Shown: positions 50,363-63,981, numbered from the whole stretch's first letter. The stretch is DNA of 63,981 nt, filler included, from Octopus bimaculoides (GCF_001194135.2; 7 parts of 6 records of this genome joined end to end with filler, not necessarily neighbours in it), one strand, 5' to 3'. Notes: a model not told the origin generated them from the sequence alone. Numbers and translations are program-made.

Positions 50363-51125
50363 CAACACTATCAAAACCACAGCTGCAACGTAGCAAAAAA
50401 ATACAATGAGTTTATTCATTGTTTCCTGTTATAAGACACCCACAGCATATTATTTATATATTCATATTTTAGACGCTTGGAGTGGTTTTTTTCATATCGC
50501 GACTAGATTCTTTTACTTTTTTTGGTTACAGATTAATTTGCGTAATTTTGTGAACTTTCGTGCCTTCGTATATGTGTGCTTATATATGTAAGTACATATG
50601 TACGAGTGTANNNNNNNNNNNNNNNNNNNNNNNNNNNNNNNNNNNNNNNNNNNNNNNNNNNNNNNNNNNNNNNNNNNNNNNNNNNNNNNNNNNNNNNNNN
50701 NNNNNNNNNNNNNNNNNNNNNNNNNNNNNNNNNNNNNNNNNNNNNNNNNNNNNNNNNNNNNNNNNNNNNNNNNNNNNNNNNNNNNNNNNNNNNNNNNNNN
50801 NNNNNNNNNNNNNNNNNNNNNNNNNNNNNNNNNNNNNNNNNNNNNNNNNNNNNNNNNNNNNNNNNNNNNNNNNNNNNNNNNNNNNNNNNNNNNNNNNNNN
50901 NNNNNNNNNNNNNNNNNNNNNNNNNNNNNNNNNNNNNNNNNNNNNNNNNNNNNNNNNNNNNNNNNNNNNNNNNNNNNNNNNNNNNNNNNNNNNNNNNNNN
51001 NNNNNNNNNNNNNNNNNNNNNNNNNNNNNNNNNNNNNNNNNNNNNNNNNNNNNNNNNNNNNNNNNNNNNNNNNNNNNNNNNNNNNNNNNNNNNNNNNNNN
51101 NNNNNNNNNNNNNNNNNNNNNNNNN

Positions 51126-51165
<40 letters not shown>

Positions 51166-51971
51166 TTTACATATATATTCACACACATAATATGTGTAAA
51201 TTTATATGCATGCATGTGTAAATACATGACGAATGTTTGTATAGTTATGTAAGACAGTATTACTTCATGCTTGTATGCACACATACACACACACATATAT
51301 ATTCCTATATACATATATGTACATCTATACACGCACATACACACAGACACACATATATAATATGTGCGTCCATGGATGTATATACATTTATATATGTATG
51401 TAGTTATGTACAAAAGTATTAGCCATATAGAAATGCTGAACACAAGCTGTTAGCGAAAATAGTTTACTGTAAGTTGTGATGCCTTTCAGAATATCATTTC
51501 AGTAAATGTAGAACTAGTAAGCTATGGTCAATTAATTAATGCTTAAGACGGAGTAGGAAGATACTAGAAAAGGTGAGACACATTTCACCCAGCCAAATAT
51601 GTGCATGTAATTATAAGATTATGTCTGTAATTCACAAAACACATCCATACGAATATGCAACAGCACACGTGTTTATGTATTTATATAAATCTGCGTGCAT
51701 GGATTCTTGTATTCATATATCTATATACATATATATGTATATAAATATATTATATGCATATATATATTATAGTACATACATTTAAATACTTCATATAAAT
51801 GTATACATACACACACACACACACACACACACATGTATATACACATATATATACACTCACACAAATACAGACATATATTTATAATATGTATGAATGGTGG
51901 TATGTATGTATTTATTTGTCTCTCTCTCTATATATGTATGTATATACAAGTATATATAATATATACGTATG

Positions 51972-52008
<37 letters not shown>

Positions 52009-52018
52009 NNNNNNNNNN

Positions 52019-52062
<44 letters not shown>

Positions 52063-53760
52063 ACACAAACATAAATAGCTATATATCTACATTTATCTTC
52101 CATTAGCTATTCGTCAATCAATTTACCTCTCTGCGTATCTGTGTATTTATCAGATATATGTGAAAGTGTATAAGTGTATGTGGGTATGTGCTTATATTTA
52201 GAAAATCTTTTTCACGTGGCTGCTTTATACTGAGGGAAAGACAGATAAACAGACACAAATAAATCATTTATCAATGCATGAATCTTGTATTCTTTATAAC
52301 AGACATGAATTTTAATACACACACAGAGACACAGACACACACGCACACACACACACACTCACACATCAACACAGGCATACACACGCACACATACATATAT
52401 TTATATATATGGACTGTGATTCCACTATTATTATTATTATTATAATTAACTCTGAATTATCTAATGACAACATTTCATTTCCTATGTATTTATAAACAAT
52501 TAAGTATCTACATGTATACATGCGATAGATGTACACGTATAAATATATACATATACATACATATGTACATATATATATTTATATGCATGTATACACACAT
52601 ATGTATGTATATAAGAATGTGTGTGTGTGTGTGTGTGTGTGTGCGTGCGCGTGCATGGTGTAGAATTGCAGATCTAATATATGTATACAAACATACGATT
52701 TAACGCATGCACATAAATTCACGGCCTGTGCTGTTAAGAATGAAAAGAGAGAAGCCTGGTGCTACCGTAAATACATAACGGAGTCTATCTAAACACCTAC
52801 AGATGTAAACATGTAAATACATGTTATTTTACATACATGTATAAAGTTACATATAGGTATGTATATATTTGTGAATTTATGTATGAATATGCATGCAATA
52901 TATGATTGGCAGTATATTATTTATGGCATAAGTAATTACATATAAAGCAATATATTGAAGAACTCGTAGTATGAATAAGATGGCTTTCATTCTAGTGCTG
53001 ATTTTCTGGCCGCCCTGGAGCAGTGCCTCCTATATTCTATGCTTTTAATTATGCACATATATATCAATATATACATTCAAGTAGACATCTATGTATTTAT
53101 GTGTGTATGTATGTATGTATGTATGTATGTATGCATGCATGTGAGTGTGCATGCGCGTGTGTGTGTGTGTGGGTACTTATTTTCTATGTTTTACGCACAC
53201 ACAGATACATAGACAGACATACGCATATATAATAGTTGGTGGGATAAGTATTATTCAGGCGATTACCTCATCAGCATGACATGCAGGAACCTGGCTAGCA
53301 TAATGTATTTATATATATGTGGAAGAAAGTATGGGTTTCTTTCTGCAGCAAACGTGTATATACATAAGCACATGCATAAATTTCTACACATATACGAGTA
53401 CACACACGATCTCATACACAAGCATACATAAACACTAACATACACAGACATATACATATATATACACTAACATATATGTATGAATATATCATTATGTGTA
53501 AATTCTGGTTTAGTAGGACAAGCAGAAGAAATATGCCTCAGTACATGACCACATTTAGTCTTTTCATTATACACCGGTAGAAATTTCAAGACGACCCAAA
53601 GTTTCGTACAGTGCATTTGGTACATGAACGTTGGCGCAAGGGTCTCTATTGTAAATTTCTGATGATAAAAAATAGAGGGAATAAATATGTCTTTATGCAA
53701 GCATGCGTCGTTGTGTATGTGTATGTATATACATAAATATATATATATATATATCAATAG

Positions 53761-53822
<62 letters not shown>

Positions 53823-53832
53823 NNNNNNNNNN

Positions 53833-53883
<51 letters not shown>

Positions 53884-53945
53884 CACGCACACGTGAATAT
53901 CAGTACAGCATGAATATACATGTGTATACATACAAATATCTTGAA

Positions 53946-54185
53946 GCCGAGTGGCCTCGCGGTTAGTGGTATACCGTTCTCGAGTTCAATTTCCGTGAGT
54001 TCAATTCTCGTGAGTTCAATTCCCGGCACCGCGTTCTGTCCTTCAGCAACATACTTCATTCTAAAGTGTTTATTTCTCGTTGCTCCAGTTCACTTAGCAG
54101 GCTAAAATGAGTTGTACCTGTACTTGAAATTGCTGTCCCCGTCACATTCTGTACAATACTGAATCCTCCTGAGAACTACGTTAAT
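53946..54185 (+). mobile_element. tRNA-headed SINE with a triplicated B box, sharing a 3' block with family C
   Basis: A box TGGCCTCGCGG, 15-bp GAGTTCAATT unit x3 (53982-54026), and 3' CCTGAGAACTACGTTAA. Confidence 0.7.
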
Positions 54186-54292
54186 GGTTCCCCCAACTTT
54201 TTTTTTTAATGACCACAGAGTTGCGATGGTCGGATAAGCTGGAACACACGTCGTCGTACATGACGGAGTGCCTGTTATACATATGTGTATAT

Positions 54293-54323
<31 letters not shown>

Positions 54324-54464
54324 AACAATATATGTATATATATGTATATATATATANNNNNNNNNNNNNNNNNNNNNNNNNNNNNNNNNNNNNNNNNNNN
54401 TTAATTAATTAANNNNNNNNNNNNNNNNNNNNNNNNNNNNNNNNNNNNNNNNNNNNCATACATA

Positions 54465-54629
54465 TACGACGGGCTTCTTCCAGTTTTCGTCTACCAAATC
54501 CACTCACAAAGCTTTTGTCGGCCCGAGGCTATAGTAGAAGACACTTTCCCAAAGTGCCACGCAGTGGGACTGAACCCGGGACCATGTGGTTGGTAAGCAA
54601 GCTACTTACCACACAGCCACTCCTGCGCC
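54465..54629 (-). mobile_element. tRNA-derived CORE-like SINE (family A), best-preserved copy
   Basis: GGCGCAGGAGTGGCTGTGTGG (A box), GGTTCAGTCCC (B box), and a central GTGGCACTTTGGGAAAGTGTCTTC resembling the CORE domain. Confidence 0.9.
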
Positions 54630-55445
54630 TATATATTGCATACATTCAAACATACATACTTCTGATTTGTCTAATATTGTGTAATGCATTTTAATGTATT
54701 TCCGACGACAAATTCCAAGGTAAACATGATAGTTGCAAACTTCATGACTGTTATGCAGGGTAGACGTATAGGACACTTTCTTCTTAGTTGTCCATACATT
54801 TACAAGGATCCACTGCAACTCAATAGCCAACAGTACACAAACTCAAATTAGATACAAAAACATTACTTGACATCAATACGATTTTATATATAATTCCACA
54901 GAAAATAGATAAGAATAACTACAGAAGTTTTACTTATGGTAAAATACAAGACAAAAATCAGTATATATAAAATAATTCATGAAAACATTTCATGACTTAG
55001 CCATTGAGTATCTCTTAATTTGGCGTTGACGATTTTATTAGTGATAACAGTGTGCCCATGATCATTTATTACTTACTGTAAAGCGCGTGAGTAAAACGTT
55101 ACTATTAGCATAATCGGGAATGTCTTGAACTAATAATTAATGGATTTAGGAACGCTAATCTTCGAAACCATATATTAAGGATAGATAAGGAAATACAAAA
55201 GTCTTTAGAAGAAAAGATTAAACTCTTATATATAGTAGTGTTTCTAATATGACACACATATGTATATACTTATATATTCTGTTGTATGGTTCGGTAAACT
55301 TGCGGGAACCTCCATGAACCCTTTAAGTTCAAACATTTTAAAGCTCGATAATTTGTGGTCATTATTTTTGTGTGAAATAAAGTAACTTCAAGAGCGGGCC
55401 GAAAATGTATGTCTTGATTTGTGACTCATGTTTCTAACAGCTCAC

Positions 55446-55631
55446 TTCAGGTCGTATTTCATAGGGCCAACCTTACCACACTCTGTGTCATGCTGGGTCT
55501 CTCTGAGAACTACGTTAAGGGTACACGTACGTGTCTGTGGAGTGCTCAGCCACTTGCACGTTAATTTCACGAGCAGGCTGTTCCATTGATCGGATCAACT
55601 GGAGCCCTCGTTGTCGTAATCGACGGAGTTC
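55446..55631 (+). mobile_element. SINE family C 3' half
   Basis: High similarity to the reverse complement of 2763-2950. Confidence 0.85.
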
Positions 55632-55687
55632 TAGTACTTCAGGTCGTACAACACACAACCCTCCGAGACACTGAAGCACACACACAC

Positions 55688-55741
<54 letters not shown>

Positions 55742-56159
55742 NNNNNNNNNNNNNNNNNNNNNNNNNNNNNNNNNNNNNNNNNNNNNNNNNNNNNNNNNNN
55801 NNNNNNNNNNNNNNNNNNNNNNNNNNNNNNNNNNNNNNNNNNNNNNNNNNNNNNNNNNNNNNNNNNNNNNNNNNNNNNNNNNNNNNNNNNNNNNNNNNNN
55901 NNNNNNNNNNNNNNNNNNNNNNNNNNNNNNNNNNNNNNNNNNNNNNNNNNNNNNNNNNNNNNNNNNNNNNNNNNNNNNNNNNNNNNNNNNNNNNNNNNNN
56001 NNNNNNNNNNNNNNNNNNNNNNNNNNNNNNNNNNNNNNNNNNNNNNNNNNNNNNNNNNNNNNNNNNNNNNNNNNNNNNNNNNNNNNNNNNNNNNNNNNNN
56101 NNNNNNNNNNNNNNNNNNNNNNNNNNNNNNNNNNNNNNNNNNNNNNNNNNNNNNNNNNN

Positions 56160-56224
<65 letters not shown>

Positions 56225-56535
56225 AGATATATATATATATATGTGTGTATGTGTGTGTGTGTGTGTGTGTGTATTAACGAACGACCAGAGAATAGAAGTC
56301 ACGTAATCACCGTCATTAGCTTACAGTTGTTTCTGTTACAAGAAGCAGTAAACTCAGAGCTGAGTGTTTGCTAAACATCCTCGAGCTTCGTCAGAGCCGT
56401 TAAAATGAATTGTATGTTTATATCGTAAAGTATTTAAATACAAAGACTTGGTTACATTCAGAACCACTTGTATCAATATAATATGTGGATGTATATTGAG
56501 TTCTAACAAGTGGATGTTATATATACATACATACA

Positions 56536-56615
<80 letters not shown>

Positions 56616-56939
56616 TAAAATGCACTGATGCAGGTACGTACGAGAGTGAGGCGGCTTTTAAGTGACACAGCAGCTCGTTCAGCATCACCAACAGCCACAA
56701 AAGGCTTTTTCAGACACCTCCACGTCTCGACCTGAAAAAATTAGAAATATCGTGTCAAACGTGATTGAAGTAGTAGTAGCAGCAGCAGCAGTAGCATGGC
56801 TGTCTTCACTGCTTTATAGACTGCTGGACAAAGCAACACAATAGCGTTTATGGCATTTATTTACTGACAGCAAGGCATAGGGTACATAAATTAGCACTGG
56901 GCTGTGGCCCAGTCAGCCCATGCCTCAAGCCGACACAGC

Positions 56940-56940
56940 A

Positions 56941-57003
<63 letters not shown>

Positions 57004-57050
57004 CAGCAGCAGCAGCAGTAGTGGTAGTAGCAGCAGCAACAGCAGCAGTT
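56940..57050. repeat. (TAG)n grading into (CAG)n
   Basis: Direct reading. Confidence 0.95.
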
Positions 57051-57803
57051 ATGTTAAGTTCAAATCTGGTCGGGGTTCAAGTTTTTGTTTCGTACCTCCT
57101 ACTGGACAAAATGATTACCTATCAATTCAATATTAGGTTCAACCGACTCTACAACTCCCTCAGCATTTGTAGTCTTGTGTGTCAGTTTAATATGTATGTA
57201 GGAGTTGGTGTTGAGACCACCCACCCTCTTTATAGAAAAGAATTGTTTTCTGTCCTTTCAGGGTGTCCTCCCTTGCTCTACACACCAGGGTGAAACCATA
57301 AAATTTATTTGTTTGTGTGTGTGTGAGTGTATGCGGGTGTATACACGCACATATAGTGTAGGTCCTGATAGTGTAGAAAATTGGTGTGTGTCCAATGCAG
57401 CACTTAACCACGAACTCCTGGCTATCTACATTCTCGAATTGGAACTTGAGAAAAATTGAAAGTTCACTGGTGCAGAAACATCGGGTACAATGCTGATAAA
57501 AGCTGTATTTAAGTTTCACGAAGAATAACGCAAAGTATAAACAAGAAAACAAAGAATGAATTTAGAAAGCTTAATTATTACTTACAATTGTTTCTGTGCC
57601 ACTCCATTTCTAACGCCATTGCAAGTAAATGATTTGATGAGAAGAGTTTCACAATGCTTGCGGTTCATTATATTAGAGTGGGACTTCATCAGACTATTAT
57701 CAAGTCACTCTAATATAATGAACCACGAATATTACGTAACTTTTCCACATGGGATCATTTATGTACAACGATATTAGAAATGGAATGGAACAGAAACAAA
57801 TAT

Positions 57804-57840
<37 letters not shown>

Positions 57841-58301
57841 NNNNNNNNNNNNNNNNNNNNNNNNNNNNNNNNNNNNNNNNNNNNNNNNNNNNNNNNNNNN
57901 NNNNNNNNNNNNNNNNNNNNNNNNNNNNNNNNNNNNNNNNNNNNNNNNNNNNNNNNNNNNNNNNNNNNNNNNNNNNNNNNNNNNNNNNNNNNNNNNNNNN
58001 NNNNNNNNNNNNNNNNNNNNNNNNNNNNNNNNNNNNNNNNNNNNNNNNNNNNNNNNNNNNNNNNNNNNNNNNNNNNNNNNNNNNNNNNNNNNNNNNNNNN
58101 NNNNNNNNNNNNNNNNNNNNNNNNNNNNNNNNNNNNNNNNNNNNNNNNNNNNNNNNNNNNNNNNNNNNNNNNNNNNNNNNNNNNNNNNNNNNNNNNNNNN
58201 NNNNNNNNNNNNNNNNNNNNNNNNNNNNNTATATATATATGGCGGCGTCTCAACATGCCCACAGCCTCAGGGCTGAAACATATAAAAGAATATATATACG
58301 C

Positions 58302-59198
58302 ATGTGGTCTGATCAATAAGTATCTGACTGTTGTCATAGAAACGAAGCTAAAGCATGCAGAGTGAAGCCGCTTGGTACAGATTGACCTTGAACTCTGCTA
58401 TGCATGCGCACTAAGTTTTGACGCTCTAGCTCACTTCCGTTGTTTACAGCAATGATTGGAAGGAACGTGTGTAGCGTGCGTTCGTCGCATTGAACATGAC
58501 AGAGAAAGTTGAGCAGAGAATCAGCATAAAATTTTGCCAAAAGCTTGGCGATGCCTTCTCAGATGCCTACTCAAAGTTTACAAAAAGTTTTCATCGTTCT
58601 CGACACAATCAAGGAGATCTTGTGCGACTGAAACCCGAATGTGTTTTTGGACAGCTAAAAGCAGTTTTGGCACAAGCTTGGCAGCCATGCATCTCATACC
58701 CAAATCTTCAGTGATAACGGACTGAACTGAACCATAACTAATCTGCACATCCTCTGATAACTCACGGATAGTGATTCAACAATTTCTCCCTCACAGCTGC
58801 ACGCACATCTACGATGTTTTTCTGAATTCTGCTGGCTGCGGGTCTTCCAGAACGTTCATCACTATCGACATTCTTTCGGCCATCTTGGAAACGTCTGAAA
58901 CACTCGTACACTTTTGTGTGGCTCATACACTCCTCTCCGTACACTTTCTGCAAATTTGCGTAGGCCTCTGAGCAGGTATCACCATGACAACTTTCTTTGT
59001 CATGGTCAATGCGACGATCACACGCTACACACCTTCCTTCCAATCACTGCTGTAAACAGCGGAAGTGAGCTAGAACGTTAAAACTTAGCGCGCATGTACA
59101 GCAGAGTTCAAGGCCAATCTGTGCCAAGCGGATTTACTCTGCGTGCTTTAGCTTTGTTGCTATGGCAACAGTCCGGATACTTATTGATCACACACACA
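58302..59198. mobile_element. Foldback mariner derivative made of two inverted 5' ends
   Basis: TGATCAATAAGTATC (58310-58324) mirrors 59176-59190 and the arms stay alignable for about 280 bp. The plus arm encodes MTEKVEQRISIKFCQKLG. The minus arm encodes the HTH region VYECFRRFQDGR..DERSGRP through AAKLVPKLL to ENDENFL. Confidence 0.85.
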
Positions 59199-59200
59199 TA

Positions 59201-59358
59201 TGTGACTGTGTTGTAAGAAGATTGTTTCTCAGCCACAAGGTTCTGGGTTCTGTCCCACTGTGTAGCACCTTGGGCAAGTGTCTTCTACTATAGGCTCGAG
59301 CCGACCAAAGCCTTATGAGTGGATTTGGTAGGCGGAAACTGAATGATGCTCGTCGTAT
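59201..59358 (+). mobile_element. SINE family A
   Basis: CACCTTGGGCAAGTGTCTTCTACTATAGG..GCCGACCAAAGCCTT..GAGTGGATTTGGTAG. Confidence 0.85.
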
Positions 59359-59442
59359 ATATATATATATGTGTGTGTGTGTGTACGTGTGTGTTTATGG
59401 TTGCGTGCGCGTGCGCGTATGCGTGCGTGTGTGTATATTTGT

Positions 59443-59662
59443 GTGTTTATGTCTGTGTTTGTCCCCCACCATCGTTTGACAACCGACGTTGGTGTGTTTA
59501 TGTTCCTGTAACTTAACGGTTCGGCACAAGAGACCGATACAATAAGTACTAGGCTTACAAAAAATAAGCTCTGGGATCAATTTGTTTGACTAAAACACCT
59601 TAAAGTAGTGCTCCAGCATGGCCACAATCAAATGAGTGAAACAAATAAAAGAATAAAAGAAT
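59443..59662. mobile_element. SINE-like family B, opposite orientation to 3995-4190
   Basis: GACAACCGACGTTGGTGTGTTTA...AATAAGTACTAGGCTTACAAA...GTGCTCCAGCATGGCC. Confidence 0.8.
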
Positions 59663-59736
59663 GTGTGTGTGTGTGTATGTGTGTGTGTGTGTATAGTTTC
59701 GTGTTTGAATGTCATTATTTTAATTTGATTAATTAA

Positions 59737-59960
59737 GGCGCAGCGAGCTGGCAGACACATTAGAACGCCGGGAGAAATACAGTATTAGTTCCGGCTCCAT
59801 AAATTCTGAGTTCAAATCCCGTCGAAGTCGACTTTATCTTTCACTCTGACGGGGTCGATAATACAAGTGCCAGTGTAATTACCGAGGCCAATGGTCTCGA
59901 TTGACCCAAACTCTCATATAAAAAAAAAGAGTGCTGACCTTGTGCCAATATCAGAAAACA
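59737..59960 (+). mobile_element. SINE family D
   Basis: GGCGCAGCGAGCTGGCAGA head and GAGTTCAAATCCC B box. Confidence 0.75.
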
Positions 59961-60362
59961 ATATCTTAAATTGCTTAATCAATGAACAATTTTCTCAAAG
60001 ACCATCCACTCTTTATTGCTAAAAGATGACCAAAAGGGTCACCGCACTAACCAAGGATTGTACTAACGCTCCATTGTATGGAACTATTTGATGTTTAATC
60101 TATTTTAATTTCCGAATTCTCTCCCTTGGCATCTTGCTAACAATTGTTATTAACGCTAATGATTTTTCTTTTGATTATAAGTGTGAAATCAGTAGATATT
60201 TTTTTTTTTTTTAACTCTGAGACTAAACATCTTAGAGTATAGTCTTCGTGCAGAAAACAGCCCTGGAAAATTTAAACAATTTTTCCAAACAATATCTATC
60301 TATCTATCTATCAATCTATCTAGCTATCAATCTATCTATCTATCTATCTATCTATTTATCTT

Positions 60363-60414
<52 letters not shown>

Positions 60415-60695
60415 GCCATTTGTTTAATATGCAAAGTAACAGACGGTTGTACAAGATTTTCGGAATCAATAGTTTTTCTGTTTTACAACAGGTACCTGAT
60501 AAAGAAGTCATATTACACGCGCGCGTACACACAAACACATGCACACATACACGCATACACACACACACGCACACACACACAAACACACATATAATATATA
60601 TATGTATATGTGTGTATATATATATAGTATATAATTGTATATATGTACATACATACAAAATACGTCATGTACATATACGTATATATATATATGAC

Positions 60696-60734
<39 letters not shown>

Positions 60735-61178
60735 NNNNNNNNNNNNNNNNNNNNNNNNNNNNNNNNNNNNNNNNNNNNTTAATTAATTAANNNNNNNNNN
60801 NNNNNNNNNNNNNNNNNNNNNNNNNNNNNNNNNNGATACAACCTCGTGTGTGTGTGTGTGTTCCCCCACCACCACTTGACAACCGATGCAAGCGTGTTTA
60901 CATCCCCGTAGCTTAGCAGTCGGGTAAGGTAACCGATAGAATAAGTATCAGGTTTTTTAAAAAAATAAATACTGTGGTCAATTCATTCCACTAACAAATT
61001 CCCCAAGGCTGTGTTCAAATCCCGCAGGGGTCAACTGTGACTTTTTATGCTTTCGGAGTCGATAAAATAATAAATATCAGCCAAGTGCTGGGGCCGGTGG
61101 AAATGACTGGTTCCATCTCCCTAAACTTGCTGGCCTTGAGCCAAAATATAAAACAATCATTATTATTGTTGTTTTTAA

Positions 61179-61388
61179 GGCGGTTGAGCGGGCAGAATCG
61201 TTAGCACGCCGGGCAAAATTCTTAGTTCTCAATTCAAATTCCGACGAGGTCGACTTTACCTTTCATCTTTGCGGGGCTCGGTAAAATAGATACTAGTTGA
61301 GTACTGGGGTCGATGTAATCGACTATCCCCACCCCCAATTTTTCAGGCCTTGTGCCTATAGTAGAACGGATTATTATTGTTGTTATTG
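61179..61388 (+). mobile_element. SINE family D (a truncated copy precedes it at about 61014-61170)
   Basis: GGCAGAATCGTTAGCACGCCGGGC...TTCAAATTCCGACGAGGTCGACTTT...TACTGGGGTCGATGTAATCGACT. Confidence 0.85.
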
Positions 61389-61714
61389 AATTAGATGAAC
61401 CAGTAAGGCATCGGGCCAGAATTCTGACAGTATTCAGATTACGGTATTTAGTACACATACAGCCGAGAGCAACTTCGCCTTGCATCCTTCAAGTTTTGAC
61501 AAAATAGTCTTCAATAAAGTACTAGAAGCAATATTATTATCTAACAATTCCCCAAATTTTTTGTCTTTGTGCCTACGTAAGAAAATGAAATTATCGTTCT
61601 GTTACGAACAGTTGCGTATGAAATTACCCATCACCACTATGTGTATCTCTTTTATACCAAATTATGTACAGTATAGCATTGACTTTTTGTAGGATAGACT
61701 TATTTTTTCTTGTG

Positions 61715-62390
61715 TGTATTGTTTGTTGTGCAGAATATGTGTCATGTAAGTTCTGTGTACGTCGTGTTATGTATTGCAATATCGTATGCAGATTTATAAC
61801 ATTTCGTTAATGTTGTACCCAATGACTATCATGCTGTTTCTATGTCCAATCCCATACACTCCTTATTTCCTTTTCAAGGTCCTTGTATTTTTATAGATTC
61901 TTGTTATTCCCTAGTCTTATTTCTATAGCATTCTTTCATTGCACTGCCGACTGTATCACTATATGTCGGCAGAAGATTGTTTTCACTATAAGTGTTTCTA
62001 CTGCATAGAAAGTATTTAGTTTTCCCTATTCCCTAGTAGTGCAATGTTTTGCATACAGTACACATTCTTAAGTTTTGGAAACTTGGTTATATATTTACTT
62101 GCATATAGTTTAATCATTCTGAAGACAACTTTTATAGAGAACTAAACTATTTCAGTCACTGCGTTATCATTATTTTATTTCCAGATCTTTGTATTTAGAT
62201 AATTTTTTCATTTCTTTTCCACACACTTTATCGTTTATGAGACTGAAACTTTTATTAGGAGGTACTTTCTTTGCTGGTGGTCCGTGATGACAATATCCAA
62301 CCATTTATCTTTGATCTTCCTGTATGTGTTCATCCCTGAGAAAGATTGTTGCAGATACCATTGCAAGTGTGTTTATACCACTTTTCACTT
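61715..62390 (-). mobile_element. Older decayed RLE-type LINE relic (R4/Dong-like)
   Basis: KWYKH...TYRKIKDKWLDIVITDHQQRKYLLIKVSVS (62238-62386) resembles TDR.I.ANRPDIV..D....LIDVSVP. KYKDLEKEIRSVW lies at about 61850-61890. Confidence 0.7.
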
Positions 62391-63314
62391 GGTATCTTTT
62401 ACTTGTTTCTACCAGTTAGACTGTGGCCATGCTGGGACGTCACCCTGAAGAATTTTTTATTGAATGAATCGAAACGATAGTTTACGGGAACATAAACAAG
62501 CCAACACCGGTTGTCAAGCAACGGTGACAACAAACACGGACACAAAGACATACACTCACACACACACATAATATTTGTATATATACATACATATATATAT
62601 ACATATATATNNNNNNNNNNNNNNNNNNNNNNNNNNNNNNNNNNNNNNNNNNNNTTAATTAATTAANNNNNNNNNNNNNNNNNNNNNNNNNNNNNNNNNN
62701 NNNNNNNNNNTCATATGATGATATCTCCACAATGTGCTGATGATGAGAAAAACATGTAATCGTTACCAATATAGCAAGAGATTTCACTGCAAAATGTCTA
62801 AAGTAGACTCCTTAAGGATCGTTCTCCTTGGTTATATATCCAAAATTTTAAATTTAAAAGAGAGTTTTGACGCTAATATCCATTATTATTGAAATTTATT
62901 CCTATGTCAACATTTCTGTATAAGGCTATATTTAACTGTCAAATTCAATTCAAACATATAAGTTGCCTTACACATCTTCAGGGAGAAAAAAAAAAGCTTA
63001 AGAACAAAAGGTAAACACTAAAACATTGTCTCTAAGTCCAGTCCATATTCAAATTTCTCCTTAAATAACTTGTTAAATAAATTCCTCCTTAAATAAAGGT
63101 CCGTTAAGGGGAGACAACCCCCTCATAATATTATTAATAATATTATTAATAAATTATAAACAGTCCCCTATTACAATGGAAATCTATACTATATTATCTC
63201 TAGAAGCTTTTGCAAAAAAACACAACTGCTATTGGTAAATTATACATTGATATGGCCTGCCTTAAGACCTAATATTATACTATAATGTAATATAATACCC
63301 GGTCATATTGCAAT

Positions 63315-63786
63315 TTATTTAAACCAGAGAAATGTGTATCTTGGAAAATGTGTACGTCTTAGAGCATTATTTGTTAGTTTATTTATCAACTTACCCTTAG
63401 AGAATAATATGAAATATAGTTCTAAATTACATATCGAACAATATCTCCTACCCTTGTCGTACGGGAAAGACCTCCCAATGACTGACCATTCTAACGAATA
63501 TTGCTTTTTTTGTTCTTTCAGTTCCCAAATGAATTTACTAAGACTAGTGCTTGCTATTTTACTTCTATCTCTAAAGGTACTATAATGATTAGATAATCTT
63601 TTACAGATTTGTCCCAAAGTACACCCCAGGTATCGGCTAACATCTGTCTGAGTCTGTACATTACATTGATAAACTACATTTCTAACTCTCGCATTAGGGC
63701 CTTCAAACTTCAATCTTCTGGGGTTGACCTCTGTTACTGTAATCATATTCCGATTATTATTACTATTATTATTATTATTATTATTA

Positions 63787-63817
<31 letters not shown>

Positions 63818-63944
63818 CATTTATATCAGGGTTCATATCGCTATCCACCCCTATTCCTTTTGATTTAAGTATTTTAAAATTATGAGCTGCAATTATTTGG
63901 GCTAAGTTCATAGTGTTTGAAAGACCAAATCTAATCATCATCAT
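63315..63944 (-). CDS. Penelope-like element GIY-YIG endonuclease region, open frame with an in-frame poly-Asn (AAT)n insert
   Basis: NLAQIIAAHNFKIL, VRNVVYQ, YLGCT..QICKRLSNHYSTFR, STSLSKFIWELK, WSVI...Y..GRRYCSICNLE. The nominal ATG lies in the adjacent (GAT)n tail. Confidence 0.85.
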
Positions 63945-63981
63945 CGTCGTTTAACATCCGCTTTCCATGCTAGCATGGGTT
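63936..63981 (-). mobile_element. RTE-type 3' tail at the window edge
   Basis: CATCATCATCGTCGTTTAACATCCGCTTTCCATGCTAGCATGGGTT. Confidence 0.85.

Noticed and set aside
54560-54629. tRNA-like A/B boxes in SINE heads
   Set aside because: They continue into SINE bodies and lack a full cloverleaf; not tRNA genes.

Overview
AT-rich, microsatellite-dense animal genomic DNA from a gapped draft assembly (about 6 kb of N by rough count). The repeat families look cephalopod, probably Octopus; this is inferred from recalled SINE/RTE families and composition, not from a search. No host protein-coding gene can be firmly identified, and almost all ORFs in the track are microsatellite or gap translations. 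The window is largely transposable-element relics. These include several tRNA-derived SINE families, 3' ends of an RTE LINE with (GAT)n tails, three Tc1/mariner relics (one a foldback element with two left ends), a Helitron with all canonical termini plus a RepHel relic with 23-aa repeats, a CRE-clade LINE, R4/Dong-like RLE LINEs ending in (TAA)n, and Penelope-like GIY-YIG fragments with several degenerate minimal hammerhead-ribozyme motifs. The most notable item is a near full-length U2 snRNA copy (2371-2553, minus) fused at its 3' end to the RTE-type (GAT)n tail. It is a candidate snRNA-LINE chimera or U2-headed SINE.
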